This document shows, one piece after another, positions 47,574-56,798 of a DNA stretch of 64,000 nt (position 1 is its first letter; every line of letters begins with the position of its first letter). This DNA comes from a virus. The notes beneath the pieces were generated by a model. That model worked only from the letters and a program-made list of their open reading frames with translations, had not been told where the DNA came from and did no database searches. Where the stretch lies: positions 8,555-72,554 of IMG/VR virus record IMGVR_UViG_3300020204_000022. The stretch is one strand, 5' to 3'. Made by a program: the position numbers and the translations under genes.

Positions 47574-48602
47574 ATGAAACACCTTATTTCTTTTCGGGTT
47601 TATGAATCCAGAATCCCTCCTAGTTTGACCCCAGAACAGGAGGCTTTCCTGAATCGTTACATAAGAAAAGGAGGAAACTGGAGCGTGAATCCAACAACAG
47701 GTCTTGTTGACATCCAGGGTGATTTCTTTCCAGATAATGATGGATTGAAAAATTTTTTAGGAATTAAATTTGGAAATGTAACTGGGAATTTTTATTGTGC
47801 CGGAAACCAACTCCAATCCCTGGAAGGAGCACCACAGGAAGTTGGTGGGTTTTTTTGTTGTAAAGGCAACAATCTCAAATCTCTGGAAGGAGCACCACAG
47901 GAAGTTGTTGGGGATTTTGATTGTAGGTATAATCAACTTCAAACCCTGAAAGGATCACCACGGGAAGTTGGTGGGAGTTTCAATTGTTCCTCCAACGATC
48001 TCAAATCCCTGGCAGGAGCACCACGGGAAGTTGGTAGGGATTTCGATTTTTCCGAGAACAAAATCCAATCCCTTAAAGGAAAACCACAGGAAGTTGGTGG
48101 GGATTTTATTTGTTCCTACAACGAACTCCAATCACTGGAAGGAGCACCACGGGAAGTTTATGGGAATTTTAAATGTGGCGGAAACCAACTCCAATCCCTG
48201 GAGGGAGCACCAGAGAAAGTTTATGGGGATTTTTGGTGTACCGGCAAAAAAAACGGCATCAAACTCCAATCCCTGATAGGAGTACCAAAACAGATAAATG
48301 GTGGTTTTTATTGTGATAAATTCGAGTTAGTTCCGGGTGAATGGAGCATGGAAGCATGTGGTAAAATCTTAGGATCTGAAAAACATAGCCAAAAGGCAAA
48401 GGAACTAATTCTAACACTTCCATTTTTCAATTCCACTTATTGGAATTCCAAAATTTCTGAAAATCCTGAATCAGCCATTCTTGAACTTTCAGAATTTTGG
48501 GACGACATGCTAGACAATGTCAGAAATTCAATTCGTATTCCTTCGAATTTAAAGGACGATTTCGAGAACTTGTTGGATCTGGTGAGGAAAGGAATCATGT
48601 GA
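47574..48602 (+). CDS. leucine-rich-repeat-like protein (about 8.5 x 21-aa repeats) with CTS-like leader
   Basis: N-terminus MKHLISFRVYES. Repeat consensus GDF-C--N-LQSLEGAPQEV-G. Conserved C-terminal domain shared with the next gene. Confidence 0.7.
   Translation: MKHLISFRVYESRIPPSLTPEQEAFLNRYIRKGGNWSVNPTTGLVDIQGDFFPDNDGLKNFLGIKFGNVTGNFYCAGNQLQSLEGAPQEVGGFFCCKGNNLKSLEGAPQEVVGDFDCRYNQLQTLKGSPREVGGSFNCSSNDLKSLAGAPREVGRDFDFSENKIQSLKGKPQEVGGDFICSYNELQSLEGAPREVYGNFKCGGNQLQSLEGAPEKVYGDFWCTGKKNGIKLQSLIGVPKQINGGFYCDKFELVPGEWSMEACGKILGSEKHSQKAKELILTLPFFNSTYWNSKISENPESAILELSEFWDDMLDNVRNSIRIPSNLKDDFENLLDLVRKGIM
47769..48317 (+). repeat. 63-bp in-frame tandem repeats (LRR-like)
   Basis: Period counted on the DNA (21 codons between GDFDC and GSFNC). 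Confidence 0.85.
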
Positions 48603-48609
48603 AATGTGA

Positions 48610-48619
48610 GCATATATAC
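48610..48619 (+). promoter_or_regulatory. late-promoter-like motif GCATATATAC
   Basis: Intergenic. Ends 4 nt before the ATG at 48623. Confidence 0.4.
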
Positions 48620-48622
48620 AGC

Positions 48623-49636
48623 ATGAGACATCTCGTTCCCTTTCGGGTTTACGAATCTAAAAATACTTCTGGTTTGACTTCAGAACAGAAGGATTTTCTG
48701 AATCGTTACACACAAGGAACCTGGAGCGTGAATCCAACAACAGGTCTTGTTGACATTCAGGGGAAATTCTTTTTTAGAACCTACATTAACAAAGAAGCAA
48801 AAAGTTTTTTTGGAGTCAAATTTGGAAATGTAACTGAGGATTTTGATTGTTTGTACACTCAACTCGAATCTCTTGAAGGAGCACCACAGAAAGTTGATGG
48901 GAATTTTGTATGTTCCGACAACGGACTCCAATCCCTGGCAGGAGCCCCGCAGAAAGTTTTTGGAGATTTTAATTGTTCCGACAACGGACTCCAATCCCTG
49001 GCAGGAGCACCACAGGAAGTTGGTGGGGATTTTAATTGTTCCTTCAACCAACTCCAATCCCTGGAAGGAGCACCACGGAAAATTGATGGGGATTTTGATT
49101 GTTCCTACAACCAACTCCAATCCCTGGCAGGAGCCCCGCAGAAAGTTTTTGGAGATTTTAATTGTTCCGACAACGGACTCCAATCCCTGGCAGGAGCACC
49201 ACAGAAGGTTGATGGGTATTTTCGTTGTTATGAAAACCAACTCCAATCGCTAGAAGGAGCACCACTGAAAGTTGGTGGGGATTTTTTTTGTTACGGCAAC
49301 AAACTCCAATCCCTGGCAGGAGCACCACAAGAAATTGGTGGTGAATTTCAGTGTGATGAATTCCAATTAGATCCGGGCGAATGGAACATGGATGGATGGC
49401 TGGAAGTTCTAGAAAATGGATCCGAAGAGGCAAAGAAACTAATTATAACACTTCCCTATTTGGATTCAAACTTCTGGAATTCCAAAATTTCCCAAAATCC
49501 CGAATCAACAATTATTGAACTTTCAGAATTTTGGGACGATTTGCCAGATGAGTTTAGAAATTCAATTCGAATTCCTTCAGATCTGAGGGACGATTTTGAG
49601 AACTTGTTGGAACTGGTGAGATCCGGGATCATGTGA
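48623..49636 (+). CDS. leucine-rich-repeat-like protein, tandem paralog, with CTS-like leader
   Basis: The internal ATG at 48623 of track ORF 48497..49636 gives MRHLVPFRVYES, parallel to the paralog's start. Same repeat and C-terminal domain (SEFWDD...RNSIRIPS-L-DDFENLL-LVR-GIM). Confidence 0.7.
   Translation: MRHLVPFRVYESKNTSGLTSEQKDFLNRYTQGTWSVNPTTGLVDIQGKFFFRTYINKEAKSFFGVKFGNVTEDFDCLYTQLESLEGAPQKVDGNFVCSDNGLQSLAGAPQKVFGDFNCSDNGLQSLAGAPQEVGGDFNCSFNQLQSLEGAPRKIDGDFDCSYNQLQSLAGAPQKVFGDFNCSDNGLQSLAGAPQKVDGYFRCYENQLQSLEGAPLKVGGDFFCYGNKLQSLAGAPQEIGGEFQCDEFQLDPGEWNMDGWLEVLENGSEEAKKLIITLPYLDSNFWNSKISQNPESTIIELSEFWDDLPDEFRNSIRIPSDLRDDFENLLELVRSGIM
48821..49360 (+). repeat. 63-bp in-frame tandem repeats including a perfect 90-nt internal duplication (48926..49015 = 49115..49204)
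   Basis: Both 90-nt stretches read identically. The offset is 189 nt, which is 3 repeat units. Confidence 0.9.
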
Positions 49637-49643
49637 AATACGA

Positions 49644-49653
49644 AGATATATAA
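49644..49653 (+). promoter_or_regulatory. late-promoter-like motif AGATATATAA
   Basis: Intergenic. Ends 15 nt before the ATG at 49668. Confidence 0.45.
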
Positions 49654-49667
49654 AAAAAACAAAAAAA

Positions 49668-50012
49668 ATGAATACACATTTAAAAAAATTTACAACCTTC
49701 TTGAATGAAAACGAATTCCATAAAATCCCAGAAGAAGCTTTTTCCAAAATTTTAGAAGAAATGAAAAAATCTGGAAGAGTTGCAATAGATCTTTACACAA
49801 ATTTCCCTAAATTCCCTGAAGGGTTTTTAAACGGATTAAAGAAACAAGCTCAAAAAGAGGGTACAACTTTAGAAGGAATATTAGATGATAAGATAAAACA
49901 AGATCCTACTCTCTTATATTATTTGAACGACTTTCCAGAAATAAAACAACAAGTTCTGGATAGAACTGGGGAAGATGATTTGTCTGTCGTAGGCTTTCTT
50001 TTGGATAAATAA
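49668..50012 (+). CDS. hypothetical protein with CTS-like leader
   Basis: N-terminus MNTHLKKFTTFLNENE. 114 aa. Confidence 0.5.
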   Translation: MNTHLKKFTTFLNENEFHKIPEEAFSKILEEMKKSGRVAIDLYTNFPKFPEGFLNGLKKQAQKEGTTLEGILDDKIKQDPTLLYYLNDFPEIKQQVLDRTGEDDLSVVGFLLDK

Positions 50013-50040
50013 TCAGAAATTATAGAATAGAAAACAGAAT

Positions 50041-50886
50041 ATGGAAATAAAAGAAAAACTTGTTTCAACCAAAAGAAAATTCAAATGTTTGGTTTATAGA
50101 GAAAAGGCTGGTCGAAGAAGTCCTTGGACATGTAATTTTTATATCGGTTGTTCTAATGGATGTACCTATTGTTGCTGCTCTTACATTTTGAAACATAATT
50201 GGGACACTAAGGTAAATTTGATTAGACATTTCGAAAACGAAGATCATGCTTTAAAAATTTTTGAAGGAGAGGTCAGAGAAAATTTAGAATCTCTCCGCTC
50301 TAGAGGTAGACTTTTTTTTTCTTTGACAACAGATGCCATGTTACCTGAAACCAAAGAATTAACATACGGGGCTATGAAAATTTGTCACGACTTAGATATT
50401 CCTTTCAAGGTTTTGACGAAGTGCACAAAGTGGGTTGATGATAAATTTATTCAGGAATTCAAAAATCATGGAACTGTGTGGGGACAGCAGCCAAAGATGG
50501 ATCTGTTCGCGTTCGGGTTTTCTCTAACTGGTCAAGATCAGGTTGAGATTGGAACAGATTCCAATGAAGAAAGAATACAGGCATTGATAAAAATAAACAA
50601 ATTAGGATTTAAAACCTTTGCGAGTTTCGAGCCTGTTATCGATTTCAATTCAACTTTGAATATGATTTCAAAATCTCATGAACATATAGATTTTATGAGG
50701 GTCGGTTTACTGAACGGCCCCACCCGAAATAAGAACATAAATTTGGAAGCAATGGAAAACTTTTTTTCGAGTGTCATGAATAAAATTGGGGATGTCCCAG
50801 TTTATTGGGGAGATTCAATTTTAATTGGTTTAGGTAAGAGAAGAGAAGATCTTCCTGGAAATTGTGTTGTTGAAGAAATTTTCTGA
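50041..50886 (+). CDS. radical SAM protein (SplB / DNA-repair-photolyase-like)
   Basis: NFYIGCSNGCTYCC contains CxxxCxxC in the context typical of COG1533-type enzymes. Confidence 0.65.
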   Translation: MEIKEKLVSTKRKFKCLVYREKAGRRSPWTCNFYIGCSNGCTYCCCSYILKHNWDTKVNLIRHFENEDHALKIFEGEVRENLESLRSRGRLFFSLTTDAMLPETKELTYGAMKICHDLDIPFKVLTKCTKWVDDKFIQEFKNHGTVWGQQPKMDLFAFGFSLTGQDQVEIGTDSNEERIQALIKINKLGFKTFASFEPVIDFNSTLNMISKSHEHIDFMRVGLLNGPTRNKNINLEAMENFFSSVMNKIGDVPVYWGDSILIGLGKRREDLPGNCVVEEIF

Positions 50887-51458
50887 TGTCAAAGGTAGAA
50901 TTGATGTACGATGAAGCTCTCAAATGGAAATCTTTTGGGATTGATTCTTTCGTAATGAGGGTAGAAGCCGAATTGGGAAGTAAGAAACTTTCCAAAAAAT
51001 TCGTGAAGTTGAATTCAGAAATGTTACTTTCTAAAGAAAATATTCCAAGCGACGTTAATTTCTTTGGAATTTTTCTTCAAAATTCTGATTTAATTTGTTT
51101 GGATATAGAACATCTCCCATCCGGTTCTGTCCAAAATTTCTTTTTCTTTTTGGAAAGAGTGGGATTAAATCCAGACACATTTCTGATTGAAAATTCACTG
51201 AATGGAGGACTCCATATTTTCTTTAGAAATACAGGAACCAAATTAGAAACCAAACATTTTTTGCAATATGATGGGATAGGGTTCGATGTTCTGACTAAAG
51301 ATAGAGTTTTTACCTCTCCATCTTTCTTTAAATCCAAAAAATATGAATGGTGGAACGGAGGTATAAAAGAGTTTACATCAAAAGAAGATATCCCTATTAT
51401 TCCTTTACCTCTTTTAGAGATGATACAGAAATCTGAGTGTTGGAAAATCAAAAAATAA
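50886..51458 (+). CDS. archaeo-eukaryotic primase-type Prim-Pol domain protein
   Basis: LICLDIEHL (acidic motif I), SLNGGLHIFFR (sxH motif II), GIGFDVLTKDRVFTSPS (motif III-like). The start overlaps the upstream stop (TGATG). Confidence 0.55.
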   Translation: MSKVELMYDEALKWKSFGIDSFVMRVEAELGSKKLSKKFVKLNSEMLLSKENIPSDVNFFGIFLQNSDLICLDIEHLPSGSVQNFFFFLERVGLNPDTFLIENSLNGGLHIFFRNTGTKLETKHFLQYDGIGFDVLTKDRVFTSPSFFKSKKYEWWNGGIKEFTSKEDIPIIPLPLLEMIQKSECWKIKK

Positions 51459-51476
51459 AATTTTGAATTATTTCTA

Positions 51477-51486
51477 AGATATATAA
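51477..51486 (+). promoter_or_regulatory. late-promoter-like motif AGATATATAA
   Basis: Intergenic. Ends 14 nt before the ATG at 51500. Confidence 0.45.
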
Positions 51487-51499
51487 AAAAATTGAAAAA

Positions 51500-53143
51500 A
51501 TGTTAACTTACATACATAACTTTTCAAATTGGAAAAATTACAAATCCGAAGGATATCTTGTTGAAAATGTAGATGCAGCAAAGTCTTTCATGGTGAAGAA
51601 ACTAGCCAGGGAAAAAGAAATAGCACCATCTGATTTGTCACCTGAGGATAAAAAAAAGGCCTTAGAAAACAAACAGTTTCTCGAAATTATGGATTTAGTA
51701 AAAGACATGACAGGTTATGCACTTCCCATGGTTAAATTTCATTTCGACCAAGAAATTCCTATTGGATTTCGGAATGAAATTAACAATTTCGATCCAGAAA
51801 AATTCTTCGGAGATGACGAGCAAAACCGAAGAGAAATAAGTAACATTAGCCAACTTCTTGGTTGGCTGAAAACGAGAAAAGTTTTGATCGAGAGATTGCC
51901 TATGTCAGTAGATCAGTATGCTTCTCGACCGACAGAACCAGGTCAAATCAATGGATTTGAATCACTAGCAGATGCAATTAGAACTGTGGAATTGAACCAA
52001 AAAGGAAAATATTTTATAGACAGATTAACCGAAAAATACAAAAAACAATTCAAACAGCTCTCCCCAGAAAAACAACAGGCTTTATACGACATAGGAAATT
52101 CTTTCAGAAAATTCGATATGGAAGCAGCAGCAATTGGAAAGGAAAAAAAAGAATTTCCATCGAATTCTTTCATTTCAAAAATCAAAGCATATGAAAAAGT
52201 AGTAGATATCGAAGGTTTTATTCTAAAAGCTCAAGCTAATTTGAAATCTCTGAATAATGCATCTTATCAAGATATCATAGAAAAAATCAGATCTCTTTCA
52301 CCCCAGGTTGGAATTGTATATGACGAACCCCCCTATTTGGTTTTGTCTTGTAGAACAGAACAAGCACAGATAGATTTATGTTCTATAGCCAACTGGTGTA
52401 TAAATAATGGTAGATGGGGTTCATATGCAGGAAACGTAAACAATCCGGGGATCCAAATCAACATTTTCAATCTTGATTTGCCTGTATCTGATGTTCATTA
52501 TTTAACTGGAACTACTATTACATACGATGGAAGAGTTACTCATTCTTCTGATAAAAACAATAATAATATCTTTCATGCAGATTCAAGAAAATCCATATAC
52601 GACCATTTCAAAGGTTTAGGTTACCCAGAAGATCTTTGTAAAACTTTAGAGTACGTAATTCCGATTGAAATCATGACGAAAAAAACTTTAGAGAAAATAA
52701 AAGCAATTGGTAAAAAAAGTGCCAATAAAAACAATGCTCTGGGAAAAGCTCTATGGGATGTTGCAGGGCAAAAATTAGATAGGATGATTTTACAAGAAGA
52801 ATGGAACGGAATTTTAGACGTTGTTGCCGAAGTACTTCAATCAGAGGACGGACAATTATTTAATTCTCTTAAAAAAATATATTTAGAAGCTGGGGTTCAT
52901 AGTTTAGCATCTTTATCTATTTTTGAACAATTCATTTTTCCAAAACTAACACAAGATGAAAAGCAACAAGTTTTGGTAGCAACTGATAAAATTTTTAAAC
53001 AGTTCCAAGGCCTACAAAGAATATGGAAAAATACAGGGATTAATCAATCCCAAGATGAAATCCAAATTAAGTTAGAAACTACTTTAGCATTGTTAGATCA
53101 TGAAAAAGAAGTAAAAGATTCTCTGAAAATATTGATCGGGTGA
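51500..53143 (+). CDS. hypothetical 547-aa protein, tandem paralog A, leader-like N-terminus
   Basis: MLTYIHNFSNWKNYKSEGYLVEN... Collinear with 53165..54823 over the full length. Confidence 0.65.
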   Translation: MLTYIHNFSNWKNYKSEGYLVENVDAAKSFMVKKLAREKEIAPSDLSPEDKKKALENKQFLEIMDLVKDMTGYALPMVKFHFDQEIPIGFRNEINNFDPEKFFGDDEQNRREISNISQLLGWLKTRKVLIERLPMSVDQYASRPTEPGQINGFESLADAIRTVELNQKGKYFIDRLTEKYKKQFKQLSPEKQQALYDIGNSFRKFDMEAAAIGKEKKEFPSNSFISKIKAYEKVVDIEGFILKAQANLKSLNNASYQDIIEKIRSLSPQVGIVYDEPPYLVLSCRTEQAQIDLCSIANWCINNGRWGSYAGNVNNPGIQINIFNLDLPVSDVHYLTGTTITYDGRVTHSSDKNNNNIFHADSRKSIYDHFKGLGYPEDLCKTLEYVIPIEIMTKKTLEKIKAIGKKSANKNNALGKALWDVAGQKLDRMILQEEWNGILDVVAEVLQSEDGQLFNSLKKIYLEAGVHSLASLSIFEQFIFPKLTQDEKQQVLVATDKIFKQFQGLQRIWKNTGINQSQDEIQIKLETTLALLDHEKEVKDSLKILIG

Positions 53144-53152
53144 TAGAAAATA

Positions 53153-53162
53153 ATACATATAA
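53153..53162 (+). promoter_or_regulatory. degenerate late-promoter-like motif ATACATATAA
   Basis: Intergenic. Ends 3 nt before the ATG at 53165. Confidence 0.3.
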
Positions 53163-53164
53163 AT

Positions 53165-54823
53165 ATGTTAACTTACATACATAACTTTTCGAATTGGAAA
53201 AATTACAAAACAGAGGGATATCTCGTTGAAAATGTAGATGCAGCAAAGTCTTTCATGGTGAAGAGACTAGCCCGGGGGAAAGAAATAGCACCAGCTGATT
53301 TAACAGAAGAGGATAAAAAAAAGGCCCTGGAAAACAAACAGTTTCTCGAAATTATGGAGCTGACAAAAGACATGACAGGTTATGCACTTCCCATGGTTAA
53401 ATTTCATTTCAACCAGGAAATTCCCATCGGATTTCGGAATGAAATCAACAATTTCGATTCAGAAAAATTTTTCGGAGATGACGAGCAAAATCAAAGAGAA
53501 ATAAGTAGCATCAGTCAACTTCTTGGTTGGCTAAAAACTAGAAAAGTTTTGATCGAAAGATTGCCTATGTCAGTAGATCAGTATGCTTCTAGACCGACAG
53601 AACAAGGTCAGATTACTGGATTTGAATCACTAGCAGATGCAATTAGAACTGTGGAATTGAACCAAAAAGGAAAATATTTTATAGACAGATTAACCGAAAA
53701 ATACAAAAAACAATTCAAACAGCTCTCCCCAGAAAAACAACAGGCTTTATACGACTTAGGAAATTCTTTCAGAAAATTCGATATGGAAGCCGCAAAAATT
53801 GGCACCTACAAAGATAAATTGCCATCAAACGTTTTCCTACAAAAACTCAAAGCCTATGAACGAGAAGTAGATATTGAAGGTTTCATTCTAAAAGCTGAAA
53901 ACACTCTAAAAGCTCTCAATGATTCATCTTATCAAGAAATTATAGAAAAAATCAGATCTCTTTCACCCCAGGTTGGAATTGTATATGACGAACCCCCCTA
54001 TTTGGTTTTGTCTTGTAGAACAGAACAAGCACAAAAAGATTTATGTGCTATAGCCAACTGGTGTATAAATAGAGGCTATTGGGGTTCATATGCAGGAAAC
54101 CAAAGTGATCCAGGACTCCAAATCAACATTTTCAATCTTGATTTGCCTGTATCTGATGTTTATTATCTCACTGGAACTACTATCAAATATAATGGAAGAG
54201 TTACTGCTTCACATGATAAAAATGACCGTAGAATTATGCATCAAAATTCAGAAAAATCCATATACCACCATTTTAAAGGTTTAGGTTACCCAGAAGATCT
54301 TTGTAAAACTTTAGAGTACGTAATTCCGATTGAAATCATGACGAAAAAAACTTTAGAGAAAATAAAAGCAATTGGTAAAAAAAGTGCCAATAAAAACAAT
54401 GTATTGGGAAGAGCTCTATGGGATGTTGCAGGGCAAAATTTGGGTGGGAATATTTCACAAGAAGAATGGAACGGCATTTTAGGAGTTGTTACTGAAGTAC
54501 TCGAATCCGAGAACGGACAATTATTGAATTCTCTTAAAGAAGTATATTTAAAATCCGGAGTTCACAGTTTAGCATCTTTATCTATTTTTAAAGAATTCAT
54601 TTTGCCCAAATTAACACCAGATGAAAAGCTAGAAATATTGGAATCAACAGATAAAGTTTTTGCCCTAATACAAAAAGCAAAAGAGAGATTTGGAGAAACC
54701 TCACAAAATAAACAAAGTACAGGGGAAAGCGATGAAACCAGACAAAGAGTGGAGGCAGTTATAGCCTTGGCAAAGGATGAAGATGAAGTGAAAGATTCCG
54801 TTACAAGATTGGTGGGGTTATAA
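53165..54823 (+). CDS. hypothetical 552-aa protein, tandem paralog B
   Basis: MLTYIHNFSNWKNYKTEGYLVEN... Shares perfect DNA blocks with paralog A (52277..52368 = 53942..54033 and 52610..52736 = 54275..54401). Confidence 0.65.
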   Translation: MLTYIHNFSNWKNYKTEGYLVENVDAAKSFMVKRLARGKEIAPADLTEEDKKKALENKQFLEIMELTKDMTGYALPMVKFHFNQEIPIGFRNEINNFDSEKFFGDDEQNQREISSISQLLGWLKTRKVLIERLPMSVDQYASRPTEQGQITGFESLADAIRTVELNQKGKYFIDRLTEKYKKQFKQLSPEKQQALYDLGNSFRKFDMEAAKIGTYKDKLPSNVFLQKLKAYEREVDIEGFILKAENTLKALNDSSYQEIIEKIRSLSPQVGIVYDEPPYLVLSCRTEQAQKDLCAIANWCINRGYWGSYAGNQSDPGLQINIFNLDLPVSDVYYLTGTTIKYNGRVTASHDKNDRRIMHQNSEKSIYHHFKGLGYPEDLCKTLEYVIPIEIMTKKTLEKIKAIGKKSANKNNVLGRALWDVAGQNLGGNISQEEWNGILGVVTEVLESENGQLLNSLKEVYLKSGVHSLASLSIFKEFILPKLTPDEKLEILESTDKVFALIQKAKERFGETSQNKQSTGESDETRQRVEAVIALAKDEDEVKDSVTRLVGL

Positions 54824-54873
54824 ACGGTAAAAAGGTAATTAATACGATTTATAAATTGTCCAAAGGAATAAGT

Positions 54874-55479
54874 TTACAATATTTGACTTGCTAACAATTC
54901 AGCCATAGAGGTTGAACCAGTTCTTTCTATATCTTGTGACATCATTTGATAAATTTTCGGACCCATATTTTCATTTCCCCTTATTCTTCTTTCTTCAAAC
55001 CTAACAAAATTTCCGAAACCATAATCAGTGAGAGTTTCTAAAGCAAATGTGTTTGCATCTTCTTCTAGAATTCTATAATTTGTTAAAAATTGTTGTTCAT
55101 TTCCATCCACAACTGTTTGAAAATATTGAGGCTCAAATATTCCATCGGAATATTGATCACAGTGTCTTGATTCGTGTAAGGCTATGAATGCTTTTATATG
55201 AGGAGGTCCTAAAGCTTTGCTATTTATACAAACGTCTTCTCCGTAAAAAAATACTCCTAATATTGGAAATTGGGTTTCGAATGGGAAAAAATGGATTTTG
55301 AAATTTGGTCTTTCCTGTGTCCAAAGTTCTGTGTATCTTTCCCCCTCATTTTCATTTAAACCTATTCTTCTTGTGAATTCCGAAATGTCTATAGCAGGTG
55401 GTAATGAAGAAAGAATTTCAAATTCTTGACTTGATTCGTTGATTTTGTTGAATGATAGGTAATTTCTAACGTGTTTCAT
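54874..55479 (-). CDS. ImmA/IrrE-type (M78-like) HExxH metallopeptidase with CTS-like leader
   Basis: IALHESRHCDQ (HExxH) followed by LEEDANTFALETL (E-x-x-AN-x-FA), as in the ImmA/IrrE family. Start taken at the internal ATG 55479 (MKHVRNYLSFNKINES), just after the upstream stop at 55491. Confidence 0.55.
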   Translation of the reverse strand: MKHVRNYLSFNKINESSQEFEILSSLPPAIDISEFTRRIGLNENEGERYTELWTQERPNFKIHFFPFETQFPILGVFFYGEDVCINSKALGPPHIKAFIALHESRHCDQYSDGIFEPQYFQTVVDGNEQQFLTNYRILEEDANTFALETLTDYGFGNFVRFEERRIRGNENMGPKIYQMMSQDIERTGSTSMAELLASQIL

Positions 55480-55490
55480 GTTTGAAAATT

Positions 55491-55769
55491 TTATTCCCAG
55501 TCTATATCTACTGCTCCTGCAAATCCAGATCCATGTTGCATTTGTGCTCCTCTTTGTTCTGTTGGCATGAGCCAATCCAATTTGTCAGCCGCTGTTGCTA
55601 AATTTAGTAGGCAATCGGCCAATTCTTTACCTTTCTCTTCTCCGAGAATCCTATTCAGCTCTTGTTTAACTTCTGGCATGACCAAAATTCTTTTGGTGTT
55701 TTTAGCCTCCCCTTGTTGGATAAGATTAATCATTTTTCTTTTTTCAATCTCGGTCATCAATTTTTTCAT
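55491..55769 (-). CDS. hypothetical small protein
   Basis: 92-aa ORF in the minus-strand operon. ATGA-type overlap with the upstream gene. Confidence 0.45.
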   Translation of the reverse strand: MKKLMTEIEKRKMINLIQQGEAKNTKRILVMPEVKQELNRILGEEKGKELADCLLNLATAADKLDWLMPTEQRGAQMQHGSGFAGAVDIDWE

Positions 55770-56791
55770 GTCATCGGGTTATTTTTCAAGAAATCTAGTA
55801 CTTGTTTCAAAGTTGCAAAATCATTTTCTTCTTTAGCTTTTCTTACAATTTCTTTCAATTGTTCTCGATTCATTGTAGAGAAATTTCTTGGGATTTCTTC
55901 CCCTTTTTCGGCAGCAAGATATTCATCATAAGCCTCCTGTTTCTTTCTATACTCTTCTTCCTGTGCTTGATATTCATATTCTTGTTTTAACCATAAATCT
56001 CTTTCTCCTACTCTTTCAATTACAACATCGATTAGTTCATCAATTTGTTTTCTGGCGGTTGGAGTTTTATCCAAAATACCAGACATCAAATTTAAAAACT
56101 CTTCTGAGGGTAGAACTTGTGGATTGATCATGTATCTCCAAAGTTCTTCAGCGAGGTTGTCGTAAATTTCAACTTTGGGGTTTACAAAAATAAAATCTTT
56201 CAGATCTTTTGCTACTTCAGGTCCATATCTCCATTCATCAGGTTCATCAGAAAGCCTAAATTGTGATTCGACTGCTGCATCGAGTTCTCTGTCCCCAGAC
56301 TCAGCATTCTGTGACAAAGCCCTCCAAATTCCCTTCACAGTTTCGTGGATCAACATTGAAAAATCCGCTCCTCTTGCCCTAATAACAGCTCTTGTTTTCC
56401 CTGGAGGTGGACCTTCGTTGGCATCTGTCTTCCTGAAGCCCGAATCGATAAATCTTCTCATTTCTGGACCTGTTGACATTTTTATGTCCAACTTTATGTC
56501 ATAAAAATCCAAAATGGGTTTATATAACTTGGTAATTACTCGTGTGGCTAAATCTTCCAATTCCTTTTCGTGACCCCGAGAAAGTTGCTCAGATCTAGAA
56601 AAATTATACATCATTTCCGAACCTGCTTGTCCTGCTCCGTATCCCCCCTCTGGCTGATTGGCTATATCTAATCTCGTCTTGGCCCTCTGAGTAATTGAAT
56701 CCAAATAACCCTTAGGAATTGAAGTCATGTCCTTTACCCTAACTGCTTCGTTAAATGACAAGAAAGAATAAATTCTATTTGTTTTTGACAT
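55766..56791 (-). CDS. hypothetical protein with CTS-like leader
   Basis: N-terminus MSKTNRIYSFLSFNEA. 341 aa, with an acidic coiled-coil C-terminus. Confidence 0.55.
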   Translation of the reverse strand: MSKTNRIYSFLSFNEAVRVKDMTSIPKGYLDSITQRAKTRLDIANQPEGGYGAGQAGSEMMYNFSRSEQLSRGHEKELEDLATRVITKLYKPILDFYDIKLDIKMSTGPEMRRFIDSGFRKTDANEGPPPGKTRAVIRARGADFSMLIHETVKGIWRALSQNAESGDRELDAAVESQFRLSDEPDEWRYGPEVAKDLKDFIFVNPKVEIYDNLAEELWRYMINPQVLPSEEFLNLMSGILDKTPTARKQIDELIDVVIERVGERDLWLKQEYEYQAQEEEYRKKQEAYDEYLAAEKGEEIPRNFSTMNREQLKEIVRKAKEENDFATLKQVLDFLKNNPMT

Positions 56792-56798
56792 CTGTTTT

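Noticed and set aside
47968-49433. Alternative-frame and antisense ORFs inside the LRR genes (47968..48276, 48680..49246 minus, 48843..49253, 49158..49433 minus)
   Set aside because: They are periodic low-complexity translations of the 63-bp repeats in other frames. The LRR frame carries the conserved N- and C-terminal domains and the promoter-like motif.
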